DNA of 64,000 nucleotides, from NCBI GenBank assembly GCA_041740355.1, contig JBGSMD010000046.1, positions 32,001-96,000 on the forward strand, in the 5' to 3' direction. Origin of the DNA: Bdellovibrionota bacterium. GTDB lineage: Bacteria > Bdellovibrionota_C > UBA2361 > CALJRW01. The notes under the pieces were generated by a model. That model did not search any database, was not told the origin of the DNA, and was given only the letters and a program-made list of their open reading frames with translations. This document shows, piece by piece, positions 20,602 to 30,656 of this stretch; position 1 is the first letter of the stretch; the number at the start of each line of letters is the position of its first letter. The position numbers and the translations under genes are program-made.

Positions 20602-20727
20602 TTAATACCAAGAATTGGTAGTGTTAGTAAGGTTTAGTATCGCAGCATTTTTATAGAGTGCCCACGCTCCAAGAATTGTTCCAAATGGCAAGGAAAATAT
20701 TATAATAATATTACAAATTTTTGCCAT
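20602..20727 (-). pseudogene. 41-aa membrane-protein fragment
   Basis: Hand translation MAKICNIIIIFSLPFGTILGAWALYK...; looks like the C-terminal P.GT.LG...L hairpin of small membrane proteins. Confidence 0.35.
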
Positions 20728-20863
20728 CTTGTGCCTCCCAACTTTCAACTAGAGTTGCCCGGCACGAATTTCAAAATTTCTTATTTTACAAAACAGTATT
20801 ATTCCATTTCCAAAGGTTTGGTTGAGCTTATAGAAGCGTGGCACAAGAGGAATAAGAAAATAA

Positions 20864-21964
20864 TTAAGTAGGTATGGCCGATGTCTTTGGGGTGAATGGC
20901 AGATCCCAAGTATAGGCCATTATAGCAAGAGCTTGATCCACTTTTCGACTTGAGTAATCAGTGAGTATTTGACTTGCTGAGTGGCTTGCTCCGTTCAGGA
21001 GTGCGGTTAACTCTTTTGTACGTGCTGGAAATAGATCAAGTAGAGCAACAATTTCCGAGATGTCTTTGGCGAGTTCCGGAAGTTGAGTTTTGCCATCGAC
21101 ACTAGCCATTGTCTTAAATTTTTCAGCTACGGAAAAAAGTCCAAAGTGTTGGACGTCTTTGCGGCTAACAAAATCTTTTGAAATTCCTAGTTCGTCCGTC
21201 ATACTTACTAGCGCAGCATAAGTATTATGATGCTTGGTGTGATAAAATCTCTGACGATAATCATTCATCCGATTTCCGATGACGCCTAGGAGCTCTTCTT
21301 TGTTAAATGTTTGAGTTTCAAAGATCTTAGCGAGTTGTGTTGCTCCTTTGATTCCTTCTGTAAAAGTCTCCGAGAAAGCCTGAATATTAATGGCATTATC
21401 CATGCTGGATTTAACTGCGTAAAGTACGGAGCGCTGTAGTCCTGGATCTTTTAAGACATCTTTTTCTATCCCAAGTTCTTTGGAGACTTCTAACACATAT
21501 CCAACGACATTCCTGGCACTCTCAGGATTCATTCTTTGAAGTGAATCAGTAAGACTCCCAGCAACAATTACAACAAGATCTTTTTTAGAATATTTTGTTA
21601 AACCAAATTGATTAGCCATCTGTAAAGCAGCTTCTTTCGCCCCAGCTTGAAGTTTTGGGTCGGTGTAATCTTGGTTACTATTGATAGATCCACGATTTTC
21701 AAAATAAGTATCTTTCGCTGCATTAATTGCAGCTCTAAATTTTAGTAATGCTGCTTCTTGCACGCGCTTATCTTTTTGCAGATAGGCAGGAACTTCTCCA
21801 GGAATGTCGATGTCTTGAGCAATAGCTTTAGATAAGATAATTGGTTCGGAATCTTTTCCTAAAAATGCGGCACGAGGTGAGCCGACTTTCGGTAATTTAA
21901 ATTCTAGTGTTGAAAGATCGGTTTTGGCCTGTGAAGTTTTTGGTTCTAATATTGCAGATGACAT
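20864..21964 (-). CDS. Hypothetical helical-repeat protein
   Basis: Long ORF with recurring ELGI.KD......(V/L)Q units; ATG 21964 preferred. Confidence 0.7.
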   Translation of the reverse strand: MSSAILEPKTSQAKTDLSTLEFKLPKVGSPRAAFLGKDSEPIILSKAIAQDIDIPGEVPAYLQKDKRVQEAALLKFRAAINAAKDTYFENRGSINSNQDYTDPKLQAGAKEAALQMANQFGLTKYSKKDLVVIVAGSLTDSLQRMNPESARNVVGYVLEVSKELGIEKDVLKDPGLQRSVLYAVKSSMDNAINIQAFSETFTEGIKGATQLAKIFETQTFNKEELLGVIGNRMNDYRQRFYHTKHHNTYAALVSMTDELGISKDFVSRKDVQHFGLFSVAEKFKTMASVDGKTQLPELAKDISEIVALLDLFPARTKELTALLNGASHSASQILTDYSSRKVDQALAIMAYTWDLPFTPKTSAIPT

Positions 21965-22074
21965 ACAGCTAGTTAAAGATACAACTATGACCTTCATCTG
22001 ACGATTTTTAGATTATGACTCTAAGATTTTAAGGGTTTATGGTATTCCAACCCTATTTTCTGGAGAGAAACATT

Positions 22075-22203
22075 AAGACATGCTTAAAACCCTTGATTGT
22101 TCATAAGGATAGCAATTTTGCAAAAATAACATTTAATAGATTGAGTAAGTTAAAATTTGCAAAATTGCTGGCCTCGTAAAAAAAGAGGTTTTAAGCAGGT
22201 CTC
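22075..22203. mobile_element. 129-bp MITE with 17-bp TIRs and 5-bp target-site duplication
   Basis: AAGACATGCTTAAAACC ... GGTTTTAAGCAGGTCTC (15/17 match), inner IR AGCAATTTTGCAAA, ACATT on both sides (22070-74, 22204-08). Confidence 0.75.
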
Positions 22204-22371
22204 ACATTAAATGATGCAAGTCATGGATACTCCAATTGTCTCCCAGTTAGTACCTAGTCGCATTTAGTTTAATTGGAGTTAGATAACTTAAATCAATTAA
22301 ATTCCAGATAATACAGGGTTTAAATCTAAGATCTCTAGATAGCAACTCTAAGTAAAAACCTGAATTTTATA

Positions 22372-22566
22372 CTCACCGTTTTTCATTTTTGATAAAAAAT
22401 GAAAAGAAAGGTGAGCGAGCAAAATCATGTCGCAGACAGGTTTTGCCGTAGAAAACACCGCTAAACCCTACGCAAATCAGCGGTGAGTATTGGTTTCGTC
22501 TTCTACGGCGTAACTTAGCTAACGCTAAGATTACGCTCGCCCTCCACAAATTTCATTTGCGGAGGG
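22372..22566. repeat. Highly structured element: four-way junction plus flanking hairpins
   Basis: GCGAGC/GCTCGC closing stem enclosing three GC-bounded arms; extra hairpins at 22372-22415 and 22540-22566. Confidence 0.65.
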
Positions 22567-22567
22567 T

Positions 22568-23263
22568 TTATAATGTGGTTCCAATCAATCTTCCCACTCC
22601 AGCAGTGACCCCCATAGCAAGAGCTCCCCAAAACATAACTCGAAATGCCCCTCTTATCAGAGATGCCCCGCCAGCATATGAGGCTAACAAGCCTAGAATC
22701 AGCAGAGTAAAGAGAGTTGAGATCGTTGTAACAAAACTTACTGAATGAGCTGAAGCAGTTAGTGCTGCTAGAATTGGCACTACCCCTCCAATAGCAAAAG
22801 CAACCGCTGAAGCAAATGCGGCTTGAATTGGGCGGGCTCTGAGCTCCTCAGTTATACCCAGTTCGTCTCTTGTATGCGCAACTAGTGCGTCTACCGCTGT
22901 TAACTGTTGCGCAACTTGCAAGGCAAGAGCGCTATCAAGTCCGCGTTTTACATAAATTTCAGTTAGCTCTTCAAGTTCCTTCTGAGGGTCTTCTGCTAAT
23001 TCTTGTTTTTCTCTATTTAAATCTGCATTTTCCGTGTCTGCCTGGGATTGTACAGAAATATATTCTCCAGCCGCCATCGATAATGCCCCAGCCACGAGTC
23101 CTGCGATTCCGGTCAGAAGAATGTCACTTTGTAAGGCGCCAGCCGCGGCAACACCTACAACAAGACTAGAGATAGAGACTACACCATCATTAGCACCTAA
23201 AACAGACGCTCTAAGCCATCCAATTCTATGTGCCCGGTGGTATTCAATGTGTTGTGAACGCAT
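22568..23263 (-). CDS. VIT1/CCC1 family iron/manganese transporter
   Basis: GWLRASVLGANDG, AGALSMAAGEYISV.SQ.D.E, EL..IY..RG, H.RDELG. Confidence 0.95.
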   Translation of the reverse strand: MRSQHIEYHRAHRIGWLRASVLGANDGVVSISSLVVGVAAAGALQSDILLTGIAGLVAGALSMAAGEYISVQSQADTENADLNREKQELAEDPQKELEELTEIYVKRGLDSALALQVAQQLTAVDALVAHTRDELGITEELRARPIQAAFASAVAFAIGGVVPILAALTASAHSVSFVTTISTLFTLLILGLLASYAGGASLIRGAFRVMFWGALAMGVTAGVGRLIGTTL

Positions 23264-23623
23264 AAATAATTATTCTTTGTTAACAAAGCTGGCAGAAAGC
23301 AAACTTCAGAGCGGGGGGCTTGTAGAGCATTACAGTCATATTTCCATTTTGACATTCCAGCCAGTCAACTTACTTCCAGCAACTGATTAATTCACAAATA
23401 TTTTAGTTTATAATCAGCCGCCTAAGGAAATCTTATGATAATTTTAAATTTAGTAACCTGCCTCTAGGTTTAATTATTTTAGGATATCCTAACCAGAAAA
23501 CTTTGTAGATTGAGATTTAGCCTTGAATCGATTTAAGAGTAGCCGGCCTCTCTCCACCATTAACTTCTAAGTCCTTAAGTCAATGGAGGTAAGAGACAGA
23601 CTACTTCCTTATTGAAAACTGGA

Positions 23624-24214
23624 TTAAAAAACATCAGTTGGCGTTTGTGTCATTGCCCAAGTTCCCCAAGCATAGAAGTTAACACCGTTTGTTTCGTTGT
23701 AACCATATAGCGCCCCACCGTAAATTGAGGATGTCGATATGATACTACCGCCATTATCAATAGCGTTATATAAAAAATACCTATCTACTAATTGATCGTC
23801 TAGATTATTTGCCACAGCTTGATAGATACACAAGACTCCTTCTGGTGCAGTTGGGTTACTGAATGACCCGGTGCAGGTAGTATCAGCAACTTCAGGAATT
23901 ACAAAGATAACTGCAGTCGGGGCTGTTTGTAGCTTAACTGGAAAGGAGATCTGTGCAGCAGCGTAATTTTCGGTGCTTCCACCTGATAGATTCCAAACAC
24001 CAGTTTGAGTTACAGGAGCCTTATTTAAATCTGTTAAGGAAGAATAACCTATTGGACAACTTGAGCTTTCTATGGTGATGAGCTTTGGTATTTTTATATT
24101 TACCTTGCCATTAACTACACTAGCTTTTTTGGAATTTTTAAGGCAGATAATTTCTGCTTGCAAATTACTGGTTAGAATAAATAATCCTAAAGTAAGCAGT
24201 ACTAAATTTTTCAT
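23624..24214 (-). CDS. Secreted hypothetical protein
   Basis: Signal peptide (LQA-E); CTGSFSNPTAPEGVLCIY segment; AAGGA RBS. Confidence 0.75.
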   Translation of the reverse strand: MKNLVLLTLGLFILTSNLQAEIICLKNSKKASVVNGKVNIKIPKLITIESSSCPIGYSSLTDLNKAPVTQTGVWNLSGGSTENYAAAQISFPVKLQTAPTAVIFVIPEVADTTCTGSFSNPTAPEGVLCIYQAVANNLDDQLVDRYFLYNAIDNGGSIISTSSIYGGALYGYNETNGVNFYAWGTWAMTQTPTDVF

Positions 24215-24583
24215 TTTTATTTCCTTGAGTAAAAGATTTAGAGTTGAGGCATATGTAGAGATTTTTTCAGGTTAGATGATAGAAATAGGAAAGTAAACAA
24301 GTATTTTGACTCAAGTCATGAGGCTAAGTACCTAGCAATATGACTTTGATCGCAAGGTAATTTTCAAATTAATTATTCAAATAGAGCCAAGCTACTTTAT
24401 TCTAGTAGCTGCTATTTAGTTGTTGTATATTCTTGGTTAAAGCTCCATGTTTCGAAGCTTGTCCGCTAGGGGGAGCTTCCTTTCCTTGCTAATCAGTTAA
24501 CTAAATATGGTTGACTATAGATTTCTTAAAATATCCAAATCTAGTTCTATAATCTTGAGGTGGTTAATTGTTAAGTGGAATTA

Positions 24584-25108
24584 TTATTCCTTTATGGACT
24601 GAAATCCTAATTTTCGTTTTTTAGTTTCTATCGGTTTTTCAAGCTGAGAAATCACAAATCTGATCTCCTGTAATTCCTCGTAATGTTCAGAGAATCCTTT
24701 GGAAACTCTTTGTTCAAGAACTTGAAGTCTTCGCTTCAAATCGGTGTGTTCCTGGGTAACTTCCTTTAATTTTATAAAAACTCGTACTAGCATAATACTA
24801 GCCTGAATTGCTACTTTACTATTTAGTACGTTTGCAGCCATAACAGCTCCATACTCAGTAAAGACTCTTGGGGGTTTACGTCTTCCCCCATGTACATAAC
24901 TTGAAGTCGCAATTTGCGACTTCAAGTTTGTAACTTCTTGAATAGCCAGAGAAAACATAAAGTCAGAGGGGAATCTTTCCAAGTTTCTAATAACCTGTTC
25001 GTTAAGGCGTTTCGTGATGACACCATAAAGATCAGCCAAGTCGCTATCTAAAATAACCCTTTGACCATTAACTATAATAATTCTTGTTTCAATTTCTTGT
25101 GAGATTAT
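24584..25108 (-). CDS. ORF6N (KilA-N-like) DNA-binding domain protein; start codon uncertain
   Basis: IETRIIIVNGQRVILDSDLA (upstream of the track start), DLYGV.TKRLNEQV.RN.ERFP.DFMF, GGRRK.P.VFTE.G, KRKLGF tail. Confidence 0.85.
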   Translation of the reverse strand: MISQEIETRIIIVNGQRVILDSDLADLYGVITKRLNEQVIRNLERFPSDFMFSLAIQEVTNLKSQIATSSYVHGGRRKPPRVFTEYGAVMAANVLNSKVAIQASIMLVRVFIKLKEVTQEHTDLKRRLQVLEQRVSKGFSEHYEELQEIRFVISQLEKPIETKKRKLGFQSIKE

Positions 25109-25214
25109 GCAGTGAAAATCGAGATAATTTGCGAAAAGTTTCTGAATATTTTAGCGAACTCTTCGGTGCACTATTAATGGTTAGCTTAGATAAATGATAT
25201 AGGTTTAAAAAGTT

Positions 25215-25307
25215 GCCTGGCTCCAGCTAAAAAAAAATGGCTGTGTGCTTGGCTCCAGTTAAAACTTAAAAACTTGAGTCAATGGCTGAGTGCCTGACTC
25301 TAGTTTT
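25215..25307 (+). repeat. Three tandem GC(C/T)TG(G/A)CTC(C/T)AG repeats
   Basis: Copies at 25215, 25247 and 25292; related copies at 20582 (+) and 24380-24392 (-). Confidence 0.7.
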
Positions 25308-25309
25308 AA

Positions 25310-27400
25310 CTAAGAATTACAAGTTAACAGGCTATGTTTTCTCACTAAGAATGCCGTTAGGTATATTACCAGAGCAATTAGGATCAAGACTTTAAAGCCA
25401 TAAATCATGCTTGAAAATTCGAGAAGGCCACCGCAGACAGCCCCAAAAAGATTCCAGGCTAAGGCATGATCAGGATCAACTTTTGCTTTGAAACCTTGGG
25501 CAAAGCAGATGCCAGTAAAAAATATAGGCACCCCAACCAGTAGCAGGCTGAGAACAAGCTTAGTTGTCAGTCCTAAGTAGAGTAGTGATTCAAGCGGAAC
25601 AAGGTATACACAAAGGAGGGTTGCAAAAATGCCCCAAAAAGAAATTTTCCAATCAAGCTTAATTCGGTCAGCTAGTAATGTTGAAAGGAGAATCATCAGC
25701 AAAATAGAGGCGAAGACCACGGCACTAGTGATCCAAGTTGTTCCCCAAAGCAAGTTCATACTAACTACTGCCTGGCTTTCAAATAGAAGGAAGCCTAGGC
25801 CTAATAAGTACATTTCGTAATCTGGTTTAGTGATTTCACGTCTCGATATTCCAACATAGCGTGCGCAACCATAAATGCTGACTGCGGCTATCGCTAAAAT
25901 ACTGAGAATTATTTGCCAGTAGAAGCCGCTGATAGAATTTGAATTAAGATATAGATAAGGCCAATCGTCAGTTGGTAGTGCTATTGTGTCCAAATTAGCT
26001 AAGACTTTCTTGGTATCAATTTTAAACATGTCGGGCGCATCAATTTTAAGATTGTGAAAAGCTTTTCCCGCAAGATAGGCAACGTTAAACATTAAATAAT
26101 TCTGTTCAATTTTGTAAACATCCTCAAAACTTTGGGCTAGAATGCCCATCAACTTAATTTTTATTTTAGGGTCATGTACTGAGAAGTTCATAACGAGTCC
26201 GCCAGAATCTTTCATAACTCTTTTAACAGACTGAATGCTTTGTAAAGTGTAGATAAAGTTATCAAGTCGCACGTTTGAGAGCGCAGAAAGCTTGGTCATT
26301 GAATCAAGCGTTGCGAAAATGACTAGATCGTATTTTTTCTTTGTATTGTTAATGTAAGATCTAGCATCTGTAGTAATAACTCGAACATTCTCTGCTTGGT
26401 ATGGTCGATCAGGATGCAAGCGTCTTCCTATCTCTACGATTTCCGGATCTATTTCTACAGCATCAATATTTACTACTTGGTTTTGTAATGCTACTGCCAC
26501 ATCATTACCGTTTCCTGCTCCAATGATCAGTACATCCTTAAGTTGCTTGGAAATGTATTTATATGGACGGTGATAGCCAGTGCGTAGAAGCTGTTGTTCT
26601 GCTTGTTCCTGATTCTTGATCAGCTTCGGATCGATTAGTCCCATTGTTTGGAAAACCTGATGTTGCGAGCCATTTGTTAGGATTGCCCAAAAATTTTCAC
26701 TAAATTGTTTGATCTTCAATGCGTAATAGGGGCTATAGCTGTCAGCGCGCTCTGCGGTTGAGACTAGAGTAGTTGCAATCGCAAAAGTAAAAATTAATCC
26801 ATAAATGGAAGGTTTATTAAGGTCTGGTAATAATAAAAAGATTGTAACTATGCCAAACAGCAAGAACCAGTAAACTGGGAAGAGGCCGCTGAAACTGATT
26901 AATGCAAAAGTAATTACTCCCAGTAGAGACCCGGCGATATCCCAACAGTAACCTTTGAGCAGTTCTTCGCGTCGTGCAAATTGTTGCAGGGTTGAAGCAA
27001 GTTTTTGACCTAGGGGAATGAAGCAGATAGCTGAGAATATGAATAGGGCTATTAGCGGTAGATAGATGCCATTAATAGTAGGAGAGTCTTTAGGTAGGTC
27101 TTGGTAAAGTAGCCATAAAAACTCGTTAGGATTGTTATTCGAGATAATGCATTTTCCAAGAGTCACAGTTAAACTAACTAGCAATAATATGACTCCCCCT
27201 AGAAGCGACTTGACTACTTGAACCTTGCTCAGCAGCGCTCCAAGGCCGATTCCAAGAAATGCAGAGATTAGTACAAGGTTTGGGAAGTAGGCTACTACTC
27301 GAACCTGAGTAGGAATCCATCTAATGAAGCACATCTCAAGAAATAAAATTAGAAAAGATGTAAGGAAGACCGTTGCTGAAAGGGGGTATTTTTTCATCAT
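25310..27400 (-). CDS. Membrane-embedded spermidine-synthase-like SAM-dependent transferase
   Basis: Multi-TM N- and C-termini; VLIIGAGNGNDV, AVEIDP, DARS, PTDDWPYLY. Confidence 0.85.
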   Translation of the reverse strand: MMKKYPLSATVFLTSFLILFLEMCFIRWIPTQVRVVAYFPNLVLISAFLGIGLGALLSKVQVVKSLLGGVILLLVSLTVTLGKCIISNNNPNEFLWLLYQDLPKDSPTINGIYLPLIALFIFSAICFIPLGQKLASTLQQFARREELLKGYCWDIAGSLLGVITFALISFSGLFPVYWFLLFGIVTIFLLLPDLNKPSIYGLIFTFAIATTLVSTAERADSYSPYYALKIKQFSENFWAILTNGSQHQVFQTMGLIDPKLIKNQEQAEQQLLRTGYHRPYKYISKQLKDVLIIGAGNGNDVAVALQNQVVNIDAVEIDPEIVEIGRRLHPDRPYQAENVRVITTDARSYINNTKKKYDLVIFATLDSMTKLSALSNVRLDNFIYTLQSIQSVKRVMKDSGGLVMNFSVHDPKIKIKLMGILAQSFEDVYKIEQNYLMFNVAYLAGKAFHNLKIDAPDMFKIDTKKVLANLDTIALPTDDWPYLYLNSNSISGFYWQIILSILAIAAVSIYGCARYVGISRREITKPDYEMYLLGLGFLLFESQAVVSMNLLWGTTWITSAVVFASILLMILLSTLLADRIKLDWKISFWGIFATLLCVYLVPLESLLYLGLTTKLVLSLLLVGVPIFFTGICFAQGFKAKVDPDHALAWNLFGAVCGGLLEFSSMIYGFKVLILIALVIYLTAFLVRKHSLLTCNS

Positions 27401-28134
27401 ATGTATATAGAAAAAACGCTAAGACGTTTTTGCCTGTAGCGGATGTTTATGCTGTATTACTTCTGAAGATACTAAATCTATTCGTTGATCAGTCTAGATT
27501 AGAATACAGACTTTGGGGAGTTAAAAATATACTTTGAATTTAACATTTATCTTTGGCCGTGCTTCGCCTAGTGCTTTATGATTTCGCTTGGTAGTCGCTA
27601 TTTTTAAGAAACGATAGATACTAGTAATCAGGCAGTTCTAGCTTTGAGAGGCGATCCTACTGCAAAAATATAACTATTATTATCTATTCTTAAATGAGAA
27701 ATTTACAATATCATAGGGCTCAATAAAAAGTTTGTAACTATTAAGCTTTAATGAATGTTTTTATGAAGTATCTAGAAAAAATGTCACTAAGTATGTCAAT
27801 AATACTATTCGTTTTAATTTTGTCATCAGTAAGTTAAATATATAATTCAATTCAGCTTGTGCATAGTGAAGGTACTGAGTCACTATAATCGTAAGACAGG
27901 CGAGTATCATTGTCATATGAGAAAGAAAGATGGTGGCGATTGTCCGGCTTCGGTTGTATGAAAATCAAAAATTAGCAACCAATTGAAATTAAAGATAAGA
28001 GTAAAACTAATTAGTTAGGGATAAACTAGTAATTCAAAAGTTACCTAGCAGGGAGAAATGCTCAGAAATTTTTTACTTGAAGTTTTCAATATTATCTGTG
28101 AAGTTATGCTACTAAACTTCTAGGAATTAAGACT

Positions 28135-29253
28135 ATGTTAAAAGTTGTTCTCTTTGTGCTTCTAATTTTGCAGACAACAACAGTCTTAGCAGAGGTTGAA
28201 GTTGTTTCCGCATTTCCAAACTTAACATTTTCACAGATTGTAGATTTGCAAACAGCGAAGGACGGTAGCAACCGATTATTCGTCGTGCAAAAGACTGGGG
28301 AAATTTATTCCTTTTCTAACGACCCATTAACTAATTCCAAATCACTCTATTTGAGTATTAGTGATCGCGTAGCAACTAGTAGCGAACAAGGACTGCTGGG
28401 GTTAGCATTTCATCCCAAGTTTTTAAAGAATGGGTATTTCTATGTAAATTATACTAGAAAGTCTGATGGTGGAACCGTAATCGCGCGATTTCAAGAGATA
28501 GGTGGAATGGTTAATTTTGATAGTGAATTAATCATCCTGCGATTTGCACAGCCATTTAGTAATCATAATGGAGGTTCTCTAGCTTTCGGGCCCGATGGAT
28601 ATTTATACATTGCCTCTGGTGATGGAGGAAGTGGAGGCGACCCATTAAGAAAGGCTCAAGATAAAAAATCCTTATTGGGAAAAATTTTAAGAATAGATAT
28701 TGATCGAACTAAGGCACGACGTAATTATTTTATTCCTCCAACTAATCCATTTGTTGGAAACACCAAAGGATTTCGAAAAGAGATTTTTGCTTATGGACTT
28801 AGAAATCCTTGGAAAATGAGTTTTGATTTTGAGACCCGTAAATTGTGGGTAGGCGATGTTGGGCAAGCTAACATCGAAGAAATTAATATCATCCGTAATG
28901 GAGGAAATTATGGTTGGAGTTTATTTGAGGGGGAACAAGAATTTAATTGTATTGAACCAATATGCAGCCGTCGGGGCACAATTAAGCCTGTCTATTTTTA
29001 TGATCATTCGGTAGGTAGTTCTATCACTGGTGGATATGTTTATCGAGGTAGTCTTGTGCCTGAACTATATGGTAAATATATATATGCTGATTTTGCAAAC
29101 GGCAATATTTTCGCTTTGGGTAAGGAGGGAAAAAATATAGCTACCAGTCAAATAGCCGATACCGAGCTAGCAATTTCTAGTTTTGGGGTTGATCAGAATC
29201 AAGAGCTTTACATCTTAGATTATCGAACTAGTAAGATTTATCGATTTAATTAA
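28135..29253 (+). CDS. PQQ-dependent sugar dehydrogenase (GSDH beta-propeller)
   Basis: Signal peptide; EQGLLGLAFHP, NHNGG.LAFGPDGYLY, GKILRID, GLRNPW, GGNYGW. Confidence 0.93.
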   Translation: MLKVVLFVLLILQTTTVLAEVEVVSAFPNLTFSQIVDLQTAKDGSNRLFVVQKTGEIYSFSNDPLTNSKSLYLSISDRVATSSEQGLLGLAFHPKFLKNGYFYVNYTRKSDGGTVIARFQEIGGMVNFDSELIILRFAQPFSNHNGGSLAFGPDGYLYIASGDGGSGGDPLRKAQDKKSLLGKILRIDIDRTKARRNYFIPPTNPFVGNTKGFRKEIFAYGLRNPWKMSFDFETRKLWVGDVGQANIEEINIIRNGGNYGWSLFEGEQEFNCIEPICSRRGTIKPVYFYDHSVGSSITGGYVYRGSLVPELYGKYIYADFANGNIFALGKEGKNIATSQIADTELAISSFGVDQNQELYILDYRTSKIYRFN

Positions 29254-29507
29254 GAAGGACTTTTACTGAAAGTAAGCGGGTTTAAATTATAAAAGTTATC
29301 TAGAAGGACATCGAAACTAATCATAATTAATTTAAACTTTAGAAAATCTTTTTTTGTTGCTGTCATTTTTGAAAGTTGCATCACACCCCTTTGTAAATTG
29401 ACAGCTCTATAGCTTCAGGAATGCACCGCAGAGAACCTAGGTGCGCAACATAATTTGGCTTAAAAATTAGTTTTTATTGGGTTTGTTGGTAAACTGTAAA
29501 AAACTAT

Positions 29508-29536
29508 TTGCACCTTTCTCTACCAAGCGATAGAAT
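29508..29536 (+). promoter_or_regulatory. Putative sigma70 promoter
   Basis: TTGCAC-17nt-TAGAAT upstream of the CDS at 29595. Confidence 0.55.
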
Positions 29537-29594
29537 TTATCATTTTAAATAGTTTTAATAGAAGCTTTAATTCACCTAACTTTTAATCAAAAAT

Positions 29595-30524
29595 ATGCAT
29601 TTCTCTTTCAAAAAACAATTACTAAATTTCTTCATTTTATTTATCTCTGCCTTTCCTGTCCAGGCTCAAGTTTTCACCCCGATAGTCGCAAATTATGAAT
29701 GTGGTCAATTTCCAAATGGAGCTCAGTTTTTAGTTAGAAAAACTACTAATGGTTTTGAGTTAGTACGAACATCTGAGGTTAAAAATATTTATAAGAAAGA
29801 ACGTCGGATTATTACTCAAAGAGTTAAAACAATAAATGATGTACTTAAGGGTTTTGAGCAATCACGAATTACAAAAAAACAGCTGATTAAAGCTGCCAAT
29901 AAATTAGCAAAATTTTTAGGATTGGAAGCCCTCGAACAAGATATTCCACTAAGCGTAGCAGAGGTGGAAATTTTAAATTTTAAACAGAAATTACTAGATC
30001 GTGGTGCAATTCTTAAAACTATTGGTGAATTAATCGACGATTGCGAAAGTGGAATTAACCCAAAGCAGGGTAGGGGTACTCCAATTAGTGTTGGAATTGT
30101 ACCAATATCATTAGCATCTAGTAATACTATTTACGGTGGTTTTTTAATTCATTCATCAAAATTAAAAAATGAATTTTCAACTAAACCTACAGGTTACAAT
30201 GTTTGTCTTAAATTAGTATATCCAGATGGAAGTGTTGGAAGACTTTATACTGGCTTTGGGGATGATGAAGTTTGTGGAACTGGAACAAATAAATTTGAAG
30301 GAGTCCCTCAAAGTACCTGTGATGCCTTAATGCCCTTAAAACAGGTTGGTTATGTTATTCAGAAGCGGACCTATGCTTTTACCTCCTTGCCTGATGCTAC
30401 AACAGAACAACTCTTAGAAAATATGAGACTGGAAGTCTTGCAAGATCGACCGATGGTTGGGGTGATGGCATTCACATCCAATACCTCAAGAGATAGTCAA
30501 GTGAAAGCTTGCGAGGCATTCTAA
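29595..30524 (+). CDS. Secreted hypothetical protein
   Basis: Signal peptide (VQA-Q), coiled-coil middle, several Cys; no family recognised. Confidence 0.7.
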   Translation: MHFSFKKQLLNFFILFISAFPVQAQVFTPIVANYECGQFPNGAQFLVRKTTNGFELVRTSEVKNIYKKERRIITQRVKTINDVLKGFEQSRITKKQLIKAANKLAKFLGLEALEQDIPLSVAEVEILNFKQKLLDRGAILKTIGELIDDCESGINPKQGRGTPISVGIVPISLASSNTIYGGFLIHSSKLKNEFSTKPTGYNVCLKLVYPDGSVGRLYTGFGDDEVCGTGTNKFEGVPQSTCDALMPLKQVGYVIQKRTYAFTSLPDATTEQLLENMRLEVLQDRPMVGVMAFTSNTSRDSQVKACEAF

Positions 30525-30656
30525 GCTCAACCTGAGCATGAGTTTTTTCATCTTGTTTAGACTGTAAGAAAAAGAAAAGATCAGCTAACATGGAAAGGTC
30601 ACCTAAGTAAGTAGAATTTAAATAAAGGTTACTTTTTTATAATTGAAGTTTCTCCA

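Noticed and set aside
23534-23611. Imperfect long hairpin downstream of the 23624-24214 gene
   Set aside because: Many mismatches and no second copy seen; cannot be distinguished from a terminator or a decayed repeat.
27401-28134. Hidden gene or ncRNA in the 730-nt divergent gap
   Set aside because: No convincing ORF or recognisable RNA motif found by eye, apart from the 24-bp ATAGTGA/TCACTAT mini-hairpin.
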